A DNA stretch of 64,000 nt. Source: a virus. Both the position numbers and the translations under genes were made by a program. Where the stretch lies: positions 116,406 to 180,405 of the IMG/VR virus record IMGVR_UViG_3300044712_002679, one strand, 5' to 3'. The notes beneath the pieces are model-generated. The model was given only the letters and a program-made list of their open reading frames with translations. It searched no databases and had not been told where the DNA came from. Positions 62,632-64,000 of this stretch are shown piece after piece (positions within the stretch are counted from its first letter, which is position 1; each line of letters begins with the position of its first letter).

Positions 62632-62970
62632 ATGTATTCTTTTGTAATAAGAGGAATTAAAATTAAAGTTGATGATTTGATGAAATTATTAAATATTGAA
62701 CAACATCAAATCGGACTTAAAGATTATAATTTTCAATTTTTTAAAGATTTGTTAAAAACGTTTTCAGTTGAACCAACAGGTAATTATTTTGGAAATATTG
62801 ATTACGAAACAATTATAATTGGTGATGACATTGGTTATATTGAAAATGGTGAAGTTGAAGAATTTGAAGATAGGACTAAATTTCAAGATGATGCATTACT
62901 TAATAGATTAAATGAAGTCGGAATTACTGGAACGTTGAAAACATATATCCAAGTAATTTCAAAAAAATAA
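62632..62970 (+). CDS. Hypothetical protein
   Basis: 112-aa ORF; its 3' end lies in the 51-bp duplication. Confidence 0.55.
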   Translation: MYSFVIRGIKIKVDDLMKLLNIEQHQIGLKDYNFQFFKDLLKTFSVEPTGNYFGNIDYETIIIGDDIGYIENGEVEEFEDRTKFQDDALLNRLNEVGITGTLKTYIQVISKK

Positions 62971-63042
62971 AGATTAATGAAAACAGTTAAAACATATATT
63001 CAAGTAATTTCAAAAAAATAAAGATTAATGAAAACAGTTAAA
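62941..63042. repeat. 51-bp tandem duplication (2 copies, 1 mismatch) spanning a gene junction
   Basis: ACATATAT(C/T)CAAGTAATTTCAAAAAAATAAAGATTAATGAAAACAGTTAAA x2; duplicates the stop of 62632..62970 and the ATG plus first codons of 63028..63303. Confidence 0.9.
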
Positions 63043-63303
63043 ACAATTATAGGTGTTGTAGCAGAATATAATGGGAAATATTGGGGAACACAATATGCAG
63101 ATGAAAAATTTACAGTTAATGAATTTGGTGATATTAAAAATGCAAAAATATGTGATCCAAAATATTGTCTTAAACCAACAGATATGACTTGGGATCCAAA
63201 AAATACATTAGGAAATAATCACGAATATGATTTGTTGAAAAATGCAAAATTAGTAAAGATAAAAAAAATAATAACTACTGAAATAGAATTAGAATTAAAA
63301 TAA
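63028..63303 (+). CDS. Hypothetical protein
   Basis: 91-aa ORF. Confidence 0.55.
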   Translation: MKTVKTIIGVVAEYNGKYWGTQYADEKFTVNEFGDIKNAKICDPKYCLKPTDMTWDPKNTLGNNHEYDLLKNAKLVKIKKIITTEIELELK

Positions 63304-63319
63304 AAAATAATAAATAAAT

Positions 63320-64000
63320 ATGATAAGACAAGACATAAAATTTGATTTTGATGATATTTTAATTGTACCAAAAAATCAAAGTTCAATAGATACAAGAAGC
63401 ATTATTAATGTGTATGATGAAAATGAAATGCTTCCATTATTTACAGCACCAATGGATACTGTTGTTGGAAATAAAAATATGGAAATATTTAAACAAAATA
63501 AAATATATCCAATAATACCTAGAACATATAAGCTATCATTTGGACCAGGTACTAATGATTCTTGGATTGATGAATGGGTGGCATTAGGGTTAAATGATTT
63601 TGAAAAATTATTAAATATCACTAATCCATATTTTGATTTAGATCATGTTGATACCAAATATATTCTTATTGATATTGCCAATGGTAATATGAAAAAAATG
63701 CATGATTTAATTGTAAAATCAAAAAATATTTATGGTGATAAATTACAATTAATGGTTGGTAATGTCGCTAATCCTGAAACATATAAAATAGTATCAGAAT
63801 TAGGTGCTGATTATGTGCGAATTGGTGTGGGTAATGGTGGTGGGTGTTTTGTAGAAAACACAAAAGTTATAACTAAAAGAGGAATTATAAATATTCAAGA
63901 TGTCATAATTGGTGATGAAGTATTAACCCACACTGGTGAATATAAGAGAGTATATAATACAATATCATATGAAACTTTTGAAGATTTAATTCAAATTAAT
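63320..64000 (+). CDS. GMP reductase-like enzyme (IMPDH/GMPR family), interrupted by an intein; partial, runs off the window
   Basis: Hand-translated (not in track): FDFDDILIVPKNQS, LFTAPMDTVVG, ILIDIANGN, MVGNVANPET, GADYVRIGVGNGGGC parallel E. coli GuaC (..DVLIRPKRS, ANMDTV, IDVANG, GNVVTGE, GADIVKVGIGPGSVCTTR). Confidence 0.8.
   Translation, partial: MIRQDIKFDFDDILIVPKNQSSIDTRSIINVYDENEMLPLFTAPMDTVVGNKNMEIFKQNKIYPIIPRTYKLSFGPGTNDSWIDEWVALGLNDFEKLLNITNPYFDLDHVDTKYILIDIANGNMKKMHDLIVKSKNIYGDKLQLMVGNVANPETYKIVSELGADYVRIGVGNGGGCFVENTKVITKRGIINIQDVIIGDEVLTHTGEYKRVYNTISYETFEDLIQIN
63845..64000 (+). mobile_element. Intein N-terminal part (Hint domain block A) inserted at the catalytic-Cys position
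   Basis: After GVGNGGG the frame continues CFVENTKVITKRGIINIQDVIIGDEVLTHTGEYKRV instead of CTTR; this is a typical Cys1 + hydrophobic + T.V...G......D....GD.V intein start. Confidence 0.75.

Noticed and set aside
1-64000. Alternative genetic code (stop-codon reassignment), as seen in some huge Bacteroidota phages.
   Set aside because: Under the standard code the window is densely filled with long ORFs. All three stops terminate motif-complete genes: TAG at 2256, TGA at 25025 and many TAA. No suppressor anticodon (CUA, UCA, UUA) was found in the hand-folded tRNAs.
1-64000. Eukaryotic giant-virus origin (AT-rich, PolB, repeat families, Rrp8-like domain, intein).
   Set aside because: The window has bacterial SmpB and IF3, a tRNA-His with encoded G-1, rho-independent terminators and Bacteroidota TAnnTTTG promoters. 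There is no NCLDV hallmark gene.

Overview
This is a very AT-rich, gene-dense 64-kb segment. It reads as part of a huge (jumbo) bacteriophage genome whose host is probably a member of the Bacteroidota. Four lines of evidence support this. (1) About 17 copies of the Bacteroidota -7 promoter box TAnnTTTG sit at sensible distances upstream of start codons. Several of them share an extended TTTTnGTATCTTTG...AATTAAAACAACAA leader. (2) Bacterial-type translation genes are present (SmpB, IF3) and a tRNA-His carries an encoded G-1. (3) Phage replication and repair genes are present: the C-terminal half only of a family-B DNA polymerase, a stand-alone PolB-type 3'-5' exonuclease, a Zn-ribbon/TOPRIM primase, a possible sliding clamp, T4 DenV-like endonuclease V, an orphan N6-adenine methyltransferase and an SF2 helicase. 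(4) There is a heavy load of selfish nucleases: GIY-YIG x2, HNH x2, LAGLIDADG, and an intein at the window end. I saw no rRNA, CRISPR array, integrase or virion structural gene. The most unusual content is listed below. (a) A minus-strand array of about 17 tRNA or tRNA-like genes lies at 5.09-9.28 kb. It includes long-variable-arm (class II) tRNAs with Lys (CUU, UUU) and Trp (CCA) anticodons, tRNAs with a swapped A54/U58 T-loop, an interrupted tRNA, and free-standing anticodon-stem-loop look-alikes in the spacers. (b) Two promoter-driven candidate ncRNA units lie next to the array. (c) A six-gene, 7-kb tandem array (40.5-47.4 kb) is built from 26 copies of a ~57-aa WGDWLG repeat. It is followed by a helicase fused to an Rrp8-like methyltransferase. 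(d) The DNA polymerase is split. (e) A GMP-reductase-like gene is interrupted by an intein exactly at its catalytic Cys. All tRNA folds were done by hand, so coordinates are good to about +/-2 nt and need covariance-model confirmation. All protein calls rest on motifs read by eye from the translations.
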